Shown here one piece after another: positions 1 to 9,500 of a stretch of DNA of 64,000 bases. Each line of letters begins with the position of its first letter. Position 1 is the first letter of the stretch. The stretch is taken from NCBI GenBank assembly GCA_947647595.1, contig CANSKZ010000001.1:12912-76911 (forward strand). The letters run 5' to 3'. The stretch comes from an uncultured Clostridium sp. (GTDB lineage: Bacteria; Bacillota; Clostridia; TANB77; CAG-508). The position numbers and the translations under genes are program-made. The notes below the pieces were generated by a model. It saw only the letters and a program-made list of their open reading frames with translations, was not told the DNA's origin and did not search any database.

Positions 1-491
1 TCTTCCGTTTCTAAACTACGATACTCTGTAAAAATATTTTCAAAATACTCCGCCTTTGCCTTCGGATTACTAAAATCAACTTTTTCCTTATTCGATATAT
101 TATTTTGTGAAACAGTCTCACTTATTTCTTGTGAAGTAATTTTAGGATATATACTTAAATCTTTTTTAACGCTTTCACTTAAATCAGAATTCATCAATTG
201 AATATCAATTTTTCCAGTAGTATCAACAATATGGTTTCCTTTTAAATCATCAAATTTACTTTTCAAAATTTTTGTCAAACCACTTCGAACAGCATCACGG
301 TCAGTTGCTACATAGTCATCTAAAAAAGTCAAAATATGTTTTCGTAAATCCTGTGCAAAATTTGGAACGAAATCTTCTTGTCTTTGATAGTTTAATTTTT
401 CGATGTCCGAAAGATTATCTTTGTTATCTTTTAGATAATTCTCACGATAAACATCATATGCTTTTTGAGCACAATAATCTTCTATCTTCAT
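1..491 (-). CDS. hypothetical protein, N-terminal part (the gene continues past the window edge)
   Basis: Minus-strand reading frame stays open from ATG at 491 to coordinate 1, checked codon by codon. A GGAGG ribosome-binding site lies 6 nt upstream in the reverse complement of 495-505. It is absent from the ORF track because it runs off the window. Confidence 0.5.
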   Translation of the reverse strand, partial: MKIEDYCAQKAYDVYRENYLKDNKDNLSDIEKLNYQRQEDFVPNFAQDLRKHILTFLDDYVATDRDAVRSGLTKILKSKFDDLKGNHIVDTTGKIDIQLMNSDLSESVKKDLSIYPKITSQEISETVSQNNISNKEKVDFSNPKAKAEYFENIFTEYRSLETE

Positions 492-654
492 TTCATTCCT
501 CCTTTGCATAAATTAAAGTAAAATACAATACTGTCACCATAACATAATAACATTCTAACCTTATACAAAGAAAAATTCAAATACAATTCTATTAAATTTT
601 CATTACATTTGTGTAACAAAAAACAACAAATATAAAATTTGTTGTTTTAACAAT

Positions 655-1782
655 CTATTTTTCAATTACAATCAAAGGAACCATCATTTCATCCACAGTA
701 ATTCCTGCATGTGCTGTTTTAAAGATTTTTCCATTTTCATCATAACGAAGACACACATTATGAATAGCAATAGCAATATAATCAGCAAAGTTATCCATTA
801 CAATTTCATTCTTAATATTTTTCCCAAATAAATGATGTTCAATAATCTCTTCTTTCGAATATAAAATAAAATCGTTTTCAAATTCCTGCAAAAATAATTT
901 CTTGAAAGTCCTCTTATCAACATGTTCTTTTAACTTAATTGCACAAGCTCTTGTCTCAATGGCTGTTGTTCTAGCAAGCATATCATATAATTCAGGATAA
1001 TCACTCAAGGTTTTATATTCACAAGCAATATGACCGTGATCTGCTACAACAACTATAATTGAGTTTTCTGGAATTTCCTGATACAATTCTTCAGTCATAG
1101 AATTTATTTTCAACATTTCATCTTCAACAATTTGACTTTTCAAACCATTTTCATGCATTAAATGGTCGGGATTATGATAGTAAGCATAAATAAATTTCTT
1201 ATTTGACTTATCACACAATGAAAGAATCCTTGCACGGATTTCCTCCAAAGTATGACATGGATTCTCATCGTCAAAAGGCCAAGCCCAATAAGCATCGTAT
1301 TCAGTTTCTGTATTAATTCTGTCAAGGATGGTTTTATAATACATTTCAGGTCTATTTTTGGAATTATGTTTAGATGGAATGTCAGAATCTTTTAGAGTAT
1401 TTTTGAAAACAGAAACAGTTTCATCATCATCTTTAAAATACATATCCCAACCAAGCCAACCATGTTCACTTGGTTCTAATCCAGTTAGAACACTATTTGT
1501 GGCAGCCACAGTTGTTGCTGGAAATACAGAAGAAATATCACATAGTTTATGGCTTAGCAAAAAAGCATTGTTTTCTAAATATCGATTTAAAATCGAGCTT
1601 CCCATACCATCATATAAAAGTAGTACAATATTCTTATAATTTTTTTTCTGAAAGATTTTATCTAGTTCTTTCAAAGTAGATGTATAAGGTGAAATTCCCA
1701 TTTCCTGCAAAATAGAATTGCTTAAATTAACTAAATTTTTATTTGCAATAGGCCACATAGTGTTGAGCATAGTTTGTTTCAT
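655..1782 (-). CDS. alkaline-phosphatase-superfamily protein (type I phosphodiesterase / nucleotide pyrophosphatase-like)
   Basis: 375-aa ORF. It has motifs typical of the AlkP core (LLLYDGMGSS, VVADHGH metal-binding site). Confidence 0.6.
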   Translation of the reverse strand: MKQTMLNTMWPIANKNLVNLSNSILQEMGISPYTSTLKELDKIFQKKNYKNIVLLLYDGMGSSILNRYLENNAFLLSHKLCDISSVFPATTVAATNSVLTGLEPSEHGWLGWDMYFKDDDETVSVFKNTLKDSDIPSKHNSKNRPEMYYKTILDRINTETEYDAYWAWPFDDENPCHTLEEIRARILSLCDKSNKKFIYAYYHNPDHLMHENGLKSQIVEDEMLKINSMTEELYQEIPENSIIVVVADHGHIACEYKTLSDYPELYDMLARTTAIETRACAIKLKEHVDKRTFKKLFLQEFENDFILYSKEEIIEHHLFGKNIKNEIVMDNFADYIAIAIHNVCLRYDENGKIFKTAHAGITVDEMMVPLIVIEK

Positions 1783-1931
1783 ATAAATTACTCCTTATAA
1801 TAAAATGATTAATCTATTTTATCAATATCATAAAAAATAAAAAAAGGCAAGAAAAACGCAAAATAAAGAATATGAAGGGAAATATATGATATGAAAATAA
1901 ACATAAAAATTGGTAACATAAAAAACATTGG

Positions 1932-1960
1932 TTGACAAAATTATGTAAATGTTGTATACT
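1932..1960 (+). promoter_or_regulatory. sigma-A-type promoter (TTGACA, 17-nt spacer, TATACT) for the PspA/ABC operon
   Basis: Consensus -35 and -10 hexamers seen directly. It belongs to the recurring promoter family with ATGTAAAT in the spacer. Confidence 0.55.
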
Positions 1961-2030
1961 ATATTTGCAACTTAAATTATTCGTATCTTTAAAAATAAAA
2001 GATACAACCCAAAAGGAGGCGAAAAATGGG

Positions 2031-2552
2031 ATGAAATTATGGGACAAATTATTTGAAGCAGAAGAAGAATTCCCAGAAGAAGTGAAAGGAGGTGCACGGG
2101 AAGGTCCAACGGTACAACAGAATGTACCAAATTATGATGAAAAATTGAATATTTCAGGAAGTGCAGCAGAAGACATCATGAAAAATGCGTTAGCAGCATT
2201 GGAAGGCAGAGAAACAACAGTTTATACATTGCAAAATTTGGTTTCCACCTTACCAACCGGCGTAAAAAAAGATTCTATTTTGGGAGTCTTGGCTGTTACA
2301 AAAATTTCTGTTGAGGAAATTCAAAGAGATGCTCAGGAGAGAATTTCAATCTTGGAATCTGTAGAGAAAAAATTACAGGAAAAAGTAGCTGCCGATATTT
2401 CAAAATTTGAAGCGGAAATAAAAGACGCAGAAAATCAGATTGAAGAAAATCGAAAAAAGAAAGCTGACGCGGAATCATTATTACGTGAGTTTCAAATGCT
2501 GAAATCCAAAACGACCGATGAGGTCAAAAGCATTTTAACAACCATTGAATAA
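2031..2552 (+). CDS. hypothetical coiled-coil protein (first gene of the PspA operon)
   Basis: In-frame ATG at 2031 preceded by AAAGGAGG at 2011-2019. The ATG at 2026 runs into a stop immediately. K/E-rich coiled-coil sequence. Confidence 0.5.
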   Translation: MKLWDKLFEAEEEFPEEVKGGAREGPTVQQNVPNYDEKLNISGSAAEDIMKNALAALEGRETTVYTLQNLVSTLPTGVKKDSILGVLAVTKISVEEIQRDAQERISILESVEKKLQEKVAADISKFEAEIKDAENQIEENRKKKADAESLLREFQMLKSKTTDEVKSILTTIE

Positions 2553-2570
2553 TTTTTAGGAGGAAAACAG

Positions 2571-3329
2571 ATGAGTGTTGTAATTGTTACTTCTTTGTTA
2601 AGGATTGCAGTCGCTATATTGCTGTTAATTCTTATCGTTTTATTTGTTACCAAAAAGGGGAGAATGTTTGTCAAAGCGGCAATTGATTCGCTTTTTACGG
2701 AAGCAAACAAGAATCCTAAAATTGTGGCGGAGTATTTTGATGAAAAAATTGCAGAACTGCAAAAGAACTATACCAAAGCAGATGATGCATACCGGAAAGC
2801 TTCAGGAGAAAAATTAGCAAACGACAAAAAGATAAAAGAGCTGGAAAAACAACTGAAGCAGACCAACAAATACATCATCGATGCAAAGAAACACGGCGAC
2901 ATGCAAGATGCAAGAATGTATGCACAGGAGGCTATGGGAATTCAAAGTGAATTGGAGGCAAAAAAAGCCAATATTCCTGTTTTTGAAGATGCAATGAAAT
3001 CGGCGGGTGATTTAAGAGAAAGAGCTAAAACGGCGATTCAGCAAGTGGAGATTCGAAAAAAATCAGATATTGCTAAAGCTGAGGCTGGCAAGGCGGCGCA
3101 AGAAATCTATTCTCAGTTTGACGAGAGCAGAATATCGAGTGATATCGATCGCGTCTTAAATCAATTCAGCGATTATGCTGATGAGCAGGAAAAAATGGGA
3201 ATGGGGGCAAGAGCTTCATGGGAAACTTCTTATGAAGCTAAACAGATTTCGGCGGAAAAGAAGGCAAGGGAATATCAGGCGGATGATTATATCTCAAGTT
3301 TGATAGATTCTATGTCAGAAAACAAGTAG
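2571..3329 (+). CDS. PspA/IM30 family protein with N-terminal TM helix (LiaH/PspA-like)
   Basis: RBS GGAGG lies upstream of the ATG. The 252-aa product has an N-terminal hydrophobic helix followed by the long amphipathic coiled coil typical of PspA/IM30 (FVKAAIDSLFTEANKNPKIVAEYFDEKIAELQK...). Confidence 0.6.
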   Translation: MSVVIVTSLLRIAVAILLLILIVLFVTKKGRMFVKAAIDSLFTEANKNPKIVAEYFDEKIAELQKNYTKADDAYRKASGEKLANDKKIKELEKQLKQTNKYIIDAKKHGDMQDARMYAQEAMGIQSELEAKKANIPVFEDAMKSAGDLRERAKTAIQQVEIRKKSDIAKAEAGKAAQEIYSQFDESRISSDIDRVLNQFSDYADEQEKMGMGARASWETSYEAKQISAEKKAREYQADDYISSLIDSMSENK

Positions 3330-3351
3330 CATGAGAAAAGGAGAAGAGAAA

Positions 3352-4947
3352 ATGAAAAGACGGAAATTAAACAAAGCAGGAAAAATGGTTGTAGGAATTA
3401 TGTTGGCCTTGATTCTTTTTATTGCAGGTGCAGGTCTTTACCTGATAGGTAACGAAGTTGTAAGTAAGGTAAAAGATCAGAAAGACGAAAAGACGGCAAC
3501 AGTTCAGGAAGAAACAAATTCGGAAGAAGAAAAAACAGATCAGCAGGCAGAAAAGAAAGACAAAGATACGGCTGAAGCCAAAGAAACCATCGCCATTACA
3601 TTGGATGAGTGGATCGGATGGAAAAGCTTACTCGATGCAAACGGCGGTTTAACCACTCAGCCAGGATCCATATATGACAAAATGGGCTTAAACGTAGAGT
3701 TCATCATTTCCAACGATGCAACGGCAAGCTCCAACATGCTCATTAAAGGAGATACGGCAGGTGCTGGTTATACGGTTAACCGGTATGCATTCTTAAACCA
3801 GAAATTCAAAGATTCCAAAATACCAGTAAAAATGGTTTACATCACCAATTTCAGCAACGGCGGGGATGGCATTATTTCCAAAGCTTCAATGGCTAATGTG
3901 ACCGATTTAATCGGAAAGAAAATTGCTATTCCAGAGTTTTCAGAAGCACAAACATTAGTGGAATGGCTTATTGAAGCCAGTGACTTAACCGAAGATCAGA
4001 AAAAAGAAATTCGCAGTAATTACGTTTTAGTAGAAACACCGGATGATGCTGCAAGAGTATTTTTCTCAGGCGAAGCGGATGCAGCGGCAACATGGGAACC
4101 GTATTTAACGCAGGCACAGACGACTGCTGATGCAAGAATATTTTTCAGCACAGCAGAAGCAACCAACTTGATTTTGGATGGTTTGGTATTCAGAGAAGAT
4201 TTCTTATCAACGCACCAAACAGAAATTCAAAATCTGATCGACGGAGCACTTCAGGCTGCCGAAATGTATACTACTGAATTTGAAGCAGTAAGAGGAATGC
4301 CTCTATTTGCGGAAGAAACAGAAGAAAACATTGTAGGTATGGCAGCTGGTGCAAAATTGGCAACATGGAATCAAAATATGTCTTTATTGACAGATGAAGC
4401 CATTACAATGTTCTCAGATATGAGTAGCATCTGGCTTTCAATCGGAGAAAAGGCAAATCCGAATGATTCTCAAACGGCTTTTGAAAGTAAGTATATGGAA
4501 GCATTAGGCGAAAAATATGCAGACTTGCCGGAAGAAGAAGTGGTTGTTTTTACAGAAGAGGAAAGGAAGGTTGTAGAAGAAAAACCAAATACAACAGCGC
4601 TCCTTACCAAATCTTTAACCATCAATTTTGGCGGAGATTCGGCTGTTATCCAACCGGATAGTTATAAGCCATTGAATGAATTTGCTGAGATAGCAAAAAA
4701 TTTGAATGGTATCTACATTCAGGTAGAAGGGAATACAGCTGACATTGGCGGAGGACCAGAAAGTGGAAAATCCCTTTCAGAAGAAAGAGCAAGAGCAATT
4801 GCTCTGTACTTAGAAGCACAAGGAATCAATCCTGAAAGATTCATCGTAATTGGAAACGGGGCCAGCAATCCTGTGGCAACAAATGACACAGAAGAAGGTC
4901 GCGTCCTTAACCGCAGAACAGATATTTTCTTTAAAAGCGGGCAATAA
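3352..4947 (+). CDS. ABC transporter substrate-binding protein (NMT1/sulfonate-nitrate-type SBP domain) fused to a C-terminal OmpA/MotB-like peptidoglycan-binding domain
   Basis: Start chosen at ATG 3352 (RBS AAAGGAGAAG at 3337-3346). The product has an N-terminal TM helix, an SBP-like middle region, and a C-terminal OmpA-like region (NRRTDIFF, GNTADIGGG...SEERARAIALYLEAQG). Confidence 0.7.
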   Translation: MKRRKLNKAGKMVVGIMLALILFIAGAGLYLIGNEVVSKVKDQKDEKTATVQEETNSEEEKTDQQAEKKDKDTAEAKETIAITLDEWIGWKSLLDANGGLTTQPGSIYDKMGLNVEFIISNDATASSNMLIKGDTAGAGYTVNRYAFLNQKFKDSKIPVKMVYITNFSNGGDGIISKASMANVTDLIGKKIAIPEFSEAQTLVEWLIEASDLTEDQKKEIRSNYVLVETPDDAARVFFSGEADAAATWEPYLTQAQTTADARIFFSTAEATNLILDGLVFREDFLSTHQTEIQNLIDGALQAAEMYTTEFEAVRGMPLFAEETEENIVGMAAGAKLATWNQNMSLLTDEAITMFSDMSSIWLSIGEKANPNDSQTAFESKYMEALGEKYADLPEEEVVVFTEEERKVVEEKPNTTALLTKSLTINFGGDSAVIQPDSYKPLNEFAEIAKNLNGIYIQVEGNTADIGGGPESGKSLSEERARAIALYLEAQGINPERFIVIGNGASNPVATNDTEEGRVLNRRTDIFFKSGQ

Positions 4948-4996
4948 TCTAATGGCGGTCCTAGAAATAGGACCGCTCTATTAAAAAGGAGAAAAT

Positions 4997-5755
4997 ATGG
5001 AAAAAATCATAAAACGGATTATTTCAGTTTTAGTATTTATCTCTTTGATTATGATTTGGTATTTGCTAAGTGTTGCTGTGGATAATTCTTTATTTATTCC
5101 TACACCAATGGAAACAATGCAAATGCTTATGACTTTATTAAAGGGAAGTTTATTATCACACATTTGGGCTTCGTTTAGGAGAATTACAGTTGCAGTATTT
5201 ATTGCAGGAATAATATCCATACCACTTGGTTTGGTAATTGCCAAAGTAATGGTAATTAATTACTTAGTGAGCCCAATTATTAACTTCTTAAGATACATTC
5301 CTATTACAGCATTTTCGCCATTGCTCATGTTATTTATTGGCATTGGCGAGGATATGAAAATTTCTCTTATTTTTATTGCAGTATTTTTGCAATATTTACC
5401 AATTGTGGTACACGAATTTGAAGATGTGGATAAGAGAATCATGGAAAGTGCGACAACAATGGGATTTAGCGATTTTAGAAGTATATGGCATATTGTTATT
5501 CCATATACGATGCCTGAGTTATTGAGAAATTTTATTTCTTTATATGGAGTTGGTTGGACCTATGTTATTATCGCAGAGGTTACTAATGCCAATTTAGGAC
5601 TGGGGCATTTAATGTATATAGGAAGTGCACGCGGAAACACAAAAATGGTTTTTGCAGCTTTAATCACAATCATCTTTATCAATATTGCCTTTGATAAGAT
5701 TGGAAAGTTTATCATTAAAAAGAAGTTTTCGTGGAGGTACAAAAAAGATGAGTAA
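4997..5755 (+). CDS. ABC transporter permease (binding-protein-dependent inner-membrane component, NitT/TauT-like)
   Basis: 252 aa with multiple TM helices and an EAA-like loop. RBS AAAAGGAG lies upstream. Confidence 0.8.
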   Translation: MEKIIKRIISVLVFISLIMIWYLLSVAVDNSLFIPTPMETMQMLMTLLKGSLLSHIWASFRRITVAVFIAGIISIPLGLVIAKVMVINYLVSPIINFLRYIPITAFSPLLMLFIGIGEDMKISLIFIAVFLQYLPIVVHEFEDVDKRIMESATTMGFSDFRSIWHIVIPYTMPELLRNFISLYGVGWTYVIIAEVTNANLGLGHLMYIGSARGNTKMVFAALITIIFINIAFDKIGKFIIKKKFSWRYKKDE

Positions 5756-6413
5756 ATTAAAGTTAGAAAATTTAACGATTTCATACAAACAACCAGATGA
5801 AACAGAAAATATTATTTACAAAAACTTTTCAAAAGAATTTGAATCTGGTATCTATGCCTTATTAGGCGAGTCTGGCTGTGGGAAGACAACTTTGATGCGG
5901 ACCATTGCAGGTTTGAAAGAGTATGAAACAGGAACGATTTTATTAGATGGAAAATTGTTGAGAAGAGCGAATCCAGAGGTGTATATGTTACATCAACATT
6001 ATGCAGATTTTCCTTGGTGTAGCGTTTATAAAAATGTGCTAATGGCGTATAAAGCAAAAAAAGTTCGTATTACCGCTAAAGAAAAGGAAGAGGCAATGCA
6101 GATATTGGAAATGTTAGGATTAAAAGAACATGCCAATAAAAAAGTAGGAGAATTCAATAGCGAGATTTCAGGCGGACAAAGTCAGAGATTAAGTTTTGCT
6201 GTTGGATTGGCATTACAACCAAAAATATGGTTGTTAGATGAACCCACTTCTGCATTGGATAGCGAAAACATGCGAAAGATTGCACAAATTTTAAAAAATT
6301 ACCAAAAAAATCAGCAGGCAATTGTGATTGCCATTACCCACGATTTGAATTTCTCAAAGGAATTGAATTCCATTGAAATAAAATTGGATGAAGAACAAAG
6401 GATACGGAATTAA
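5748..6413 (+). CDS. ABC transporter ATP-binding protein
   Basis: Walker A GESGCGKTT, signature motif SGGQSQR and Walker B LLDEPTSALD are all present. Its ATG overlaps the permease stop (ATGA), which indicates translational coupling. Confidence 0.85.
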   Translation: MSKLKLENLTISYKQPDETENIIYKNFSKEFESGIYALLGESGCGKTTLMRTIAGLKEYETGTILLDGKLLRRANPEVYMLHQHYADFPWCSVYKNVLMAYKAKKVRITAKEKEEAMQILEMLGLKEHANKKVGEFNSEISGGQSQRLSFAVGLALQPKIWLLDEPTSALDSENMRKIAQILKNYQKNQQAIVIAITHDLNFSKELNSIEIKLDEEQRIRN

Positions 6414-6418
6414 AAGAA

Positions 6419-6456
6419 AGGGTCAGTTGTAGTGATACGACTGGCTCTTTTTTGCT
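6419..6456 (+). terminator. rho-independent terminator after the ABC operon
   Basis: Imperfect hairpin (gtcagt...actggc) followed by TCTTTTTTG. Confidence 0.4.
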
Positions 6457-6492
6457 TTTAAGAAGTGTCTAACCTTTTGTAGGTAATTCGAT

Positions 6493-6521
6493 TTGACATT
6501 TTATGTAAATTATGATACAAT
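6493..6521 (+). promoter_or_regulatory. sigma-A promoter TTGACA-17-TACAAT (recurring family member, extended TG -10)
   Basis: ttgacattttatgtaaattatgatacaat. The first 20 nt are identical to the copy at 25420. Confidence 0.55.
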
Positions 6522-6612
6522 ATCATTAACCTACTTTTAGTTAACCTAATATTTTCACCTTGGGAAGACAACAAAGTAAAATACAATAATTTTTATTAGG
6601 AGGGTCTTAGGT

Positions 6613-7260
6613 ATGAAGACAAAAAAATTTTTAGCAGTAACACTTGTGGTGGCATTAATGGCGGGGTTGTTTTCAGGGTGTGGTTTTTCAGATATCGCTG
6701 GCTTTATCAGTGAAGTTAAAACGATGAAAGAAAAACTGATCGGCGAGTCACACAATATCGAAATGTATGACAATTTTGGTAACTTAACTATGACGGCGAG
6801 TGGCGACAATGTCAGTCTGACGGGCAACATTATCCAGACCATTACTGGAGTGGATAGCGAAGGAAATGCAATCAAAGGCTACGAATTGTCATCTGTTATT
6901 ACAATTACTATGGATGGCAATGAAATCGAGAACTGCGGTAATACGGCAATTTTTGCTGAAAAGGGCCTTGAGAAAGATGTCGACTTTTCCTTAGAAGACA
7001 TCGAAACGCACTCCGACGGCAAAATATCAGACGCTACATCGGTTGCGCGGCTTGTCAATAAGTACAAGAACTACTTTGGAAAACCAAGAGTAGTTGTGAT
7101 TCAAACTGATTTTGGCACACCGATTTGTGCCTATAGTGGAAACGATGTTAATTTTAAGATATGTGAAGACATTCCGAAAACAACAAAATTGACCATTGAC
7201 GGAAAAACTTTGTATATCCATCGTGCAAAATATGTGTTACAGGACACCAACAAACTTTAA
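6613..7260 (+). CDS. hypothetical lipoprotein
   Basis: Signal peptide with lipobox LFSGC. RBS GGAGGG upstream. 215 aa. Confidence 0.6.
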   Translation: MKTKKFLAVTLVVALMAGLFSGCGFSDIAGFISEVKTMKEKLIGESHNIEMYDNFGNLTMTASGDNVSLTGNIIQTITGVDSEGNAIKGYELSSVITITMDGNEIENCGNTAIFAEKGLEKDVDFSLEDIETHSDGKISDATSVARLVNKYKNYFGKPRVVVIQTDFGTPICAYSGNDVNFKICEDIPKTTKLTIDGKTLYIHRAKYVLQDTNKL

Positions 7261-7265
7261 AAATG

Positions 7266-7310
7266 AAAACCGTTTTTGCTCTCTGGGGCAGAGGCGGTTT
7301 TCGCTTTTTT
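7266..7310 (+). terminator. rho-independent terminator
   Basis: Long GC-containing hairpin (aaaaccg...ctctg gggc cagag...cggtttt) followed by CGCTTTTTT. Confidence 0.7.
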
Positions 7311-7377
7311 CAAAAACATTTGCAAAATCCTTCAAAATAAGTTATAATATAAAAATCACATACAAGGAGGTTTTAAA

Positions 7378-8958
7378 ATGCTAATTTCAAGTGGTGTTAC
7401 ACTTAGATTTGGAAAAAGAGTTTTATTTGAGGATGTTAATATAAAATTTACAAAGGGAAATTGTTATGGCCTAATTGGTGCAAATGGTGCAGGAAAATCT
7501 ACTTTTTTGAAGATTTTATCAGGAGAAATCGAGCCAAACAAAGGTGAGATTATTCTTGACAAAGGTGAAAGATTATCTATGCTAAAGCAGGACCATTATG
7601 CTTTTGAAGGCTATACTGTTTTGGATACAGTCATGATGGGAAATAGTGAATTATACAGAATCATGAAGGAAAAAGATGAAATTTATGCCAAACCAGATTT
7701 CTCAGAAGCCGATGGTATGAAAGCAGCCAAATTAGAAGAACGTTTTGCAGAATTAGATGGCTGGAATGCTGAATCTGATGCCGCAAAAATGCTAAATGAT
7801 TTAGGAATTGAGAGCGAAATGCATTACAAATATATGAGCGAAATTGAAGCAAGGGATAAGGTTAAAGTTTTGTTAGCGCAAGCTTTATTTGGAAATCCAG
7901 ATGTGCTTTTGCTAGACGAACCTACGAACGATTTAGATATTAAAACAATTAATTGGTTACAAGATTTTCTAATTGACTTTGAAAATACAGTTATTGTTGT
8001 ATCCCATGACCGTTATTTTCTAAACAAAGTTTGTACGCATATTGCAGATGTGGACTTTGGCAAAATTAAAGTTTATCCAGGAAATTATGATTTCTGGTAT
8101 GAGTCTAGTCAGTTGGCATTAAAGCAGATGAAAGAAGCCAATAAGAAAAAAGAAGAGCGTATCAAAGAATTGCAAGAATTTATTGCGCGTTTTAGTGCAA
8201 ATGCTTCAAAATCAAAACAAGCGACATCTAGAAAAAAATCTTTGGAAAAAATTGAATTGGATGAAATCAGACCATCGAATAGAAAATATCCATACGTAGA
8301 TTTTAAGCCAGATCGAGAACAAGGAAAAGAAGTTTTGGAAATTAAGAATTTGTGCAAAACAATTAACGGAGAGAAAATTCTAGACAATATTAGCTTTACT
8401 GTAAAAAGAGAAGATAAAATTGCCCTTCTTTCTGACAATGAAATTGCCAAAACTGTGTTATTTCAAATATTAGCTGGAGAAATGGAGCCAGATTCAGGAG
8501 AGATTATTTGGGGAACTACGATTACAAAAGATTATTTTCCAAAAGATAATAATTATTTGTTTGAAGATGATTTAACAATTGTAGATTGGTTACGTAGGTA
8601 TTCTAAAGATCCAGATGAGACATATGTTAGAGGTTTTCTAGGTCGTATGTTATTTTCGGGGGAAGAAGCCTTGAAAAAGGTAAACGTTATGTCTGGAGGC
8701 GAAAAAGTGCGTTGTGTACTTTCAAAGTTAATGCTTTCTGGAGCGAATTTCTTGATTTTTGATGAACCCACTAACCATTTAGATATGGAATCCATTACTG
8801 CATTAAATGAAGGAATGCAAAAATATAAAGGAATTATGCTGTTTACTTCACATGACCATCAATTAACGCAAACGGTAGCGAATAAAATTGTGGATATTAC
8901 AGAAAATCGTGTTATTGTAAGAGAATGTACGTATGATGAGTATTTAGAGGAGAAATAA
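7378..8958 (+). CDS. ABC-F family ATPase (two tandem ABC domains, no TM domain; translation-factor type, EttA/Uup/YdiF-like)
   Basis: Two Walker A sites (GANGAGKST and a degenerate second copy), two signature motifs (LSGG-like) and a charged inter-domain linker. RBS AAGGAGG. Confidence 0.85.
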   Translation: MLISSGVTLRFGKRVLFEDVNIKFTKGNCYGLIGANGAGKSTFLKILSGEIEPNKGEIILDKGERLSMLKQDHYAFEGYTVLDTVMMGNSELYRIMKEKDEIYAKPDFSEADGMKAAKLEERFAELDGWNAESDAAKMLNDLGIESEMHYKYMSEIEARDKVKVLLAQALFGNPDVLLLDEPTNDLDIKTINWLQDFLIDFENTVIVVSHDRYFLNKVCTHIADVDFGKIKVYPGNYDFWYESSQLALKQMKEANKKKEERIKELQEFIARFSANASKSKQATSRKKSLEKIELDEIRPSNRKYPYVDFKPDREQGKEVLEIKNLCKTINGEKILDNISFTVKREDKIALLSDNEIAKTVLFQILAGEMEPDSGEIIWGTTITKDYFPKDNNYLFEDDLTIVDWLRRYSKDPDETYVRGFLGRMLFSGEEALKKVNVMSGGEKVRCVLSKLMLSGANFLIFDEPTNHLDMESITALNEGMQKYKGIMLFTSHDHQLTQTVANKIVDITENRVIVRECTYDEYLEEK

Positions 8959-8963
8959 ATAAT

Positions 8964-9500
8964 ATGTTTAAACTAAGAGGTCAGGAAATAGGAATTACCT
9001 TAATAGCACTTATTGTTACGGTTATTGTGTTAATAATTTTAGTTGGTGTGGCAATTAAAATTGTTATAGGTGAAAATGGTATTTTGTCAAGGGCAATAAT
9101 GGCAAAGGAAAAGGCAGAAAAGGCGCAATATGAAGAAGAATTAAATTTGTGTATTATGGAAATCCTGACTGACGAATTAGGAAATTTGGCAATGCAAAAA
9201 ATAATAGAGAAAATACCAATTTATATCCAAACTTCACAAAATACCAATCATTACGAATGGGATTCCACACAAACAGCAGAGGAACCAAAGGGAATTTATA
9301 AAGGATATGACTTTTATATTGACAAAAATAAAATGGCTCATCTACAACAAAAGGCAACAGGGATAAGAATAAATGCAGAAATCAATCCAATGGGGTATAC
9401 TAACCAAACTGTAAATTGTAAAATATCGATAAAAAGTAATGTTGGGATTAGGAGCATTGAATATCCAGAAGGAAATTTGGTGAAGTATCGGGGGAGATAA
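8964..9500 (+). CDS. protein with a prepilin-like N-terminal TM segment (GITLIALIV...), probably the N-terminal portion of a frameshifted longer gene that continues to 10956
   Basis: The N-terminus MFKLRGQEIGITLIALIVTVIVLIILVGVA resembles a type IV prepilin leader plus hydrophobic helix, but lacks the conserved Glu at +5. The ORF ends in a G5 run at 9490-9494. The +1 frame continues without a stop into the RCC1 ORF. Confidence 0.5.
   Translation: MFKLRGQEIGITLIALIVTVIVLIILVGVAIKIVIGENGILSRAIMAKEKAEKAQYEEELNLCIMEILTDELGNLAMQKIIEKIPIYIQTSQNTNHYEWDSTQTAEEPKGIYKGYDFYIDKNKMAHLQQKATGIRINAEINPMGYTNQTVNCKISIKSNVGIRSIEYPEGNLVKYRGR

Noticed and set aside
1358-1679. ORF-track ORFs of 93 and 69 aa on the plus strand inside the alkaline-phosphatase-family gene
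   Set aside because: They lie entirely antisense to a well-supported 375-aa CDS, have no RBS, and have low-complexity composition typical of shadow ORFs in AT-rich DNA. The same reasoning applies to most short antisense ORFs in the track, for example 2296-2478, 7661-7852, 8109-8450, 18593-18784, 23168-23614, 42810-43217, 46578-46835 and 49382-49654.
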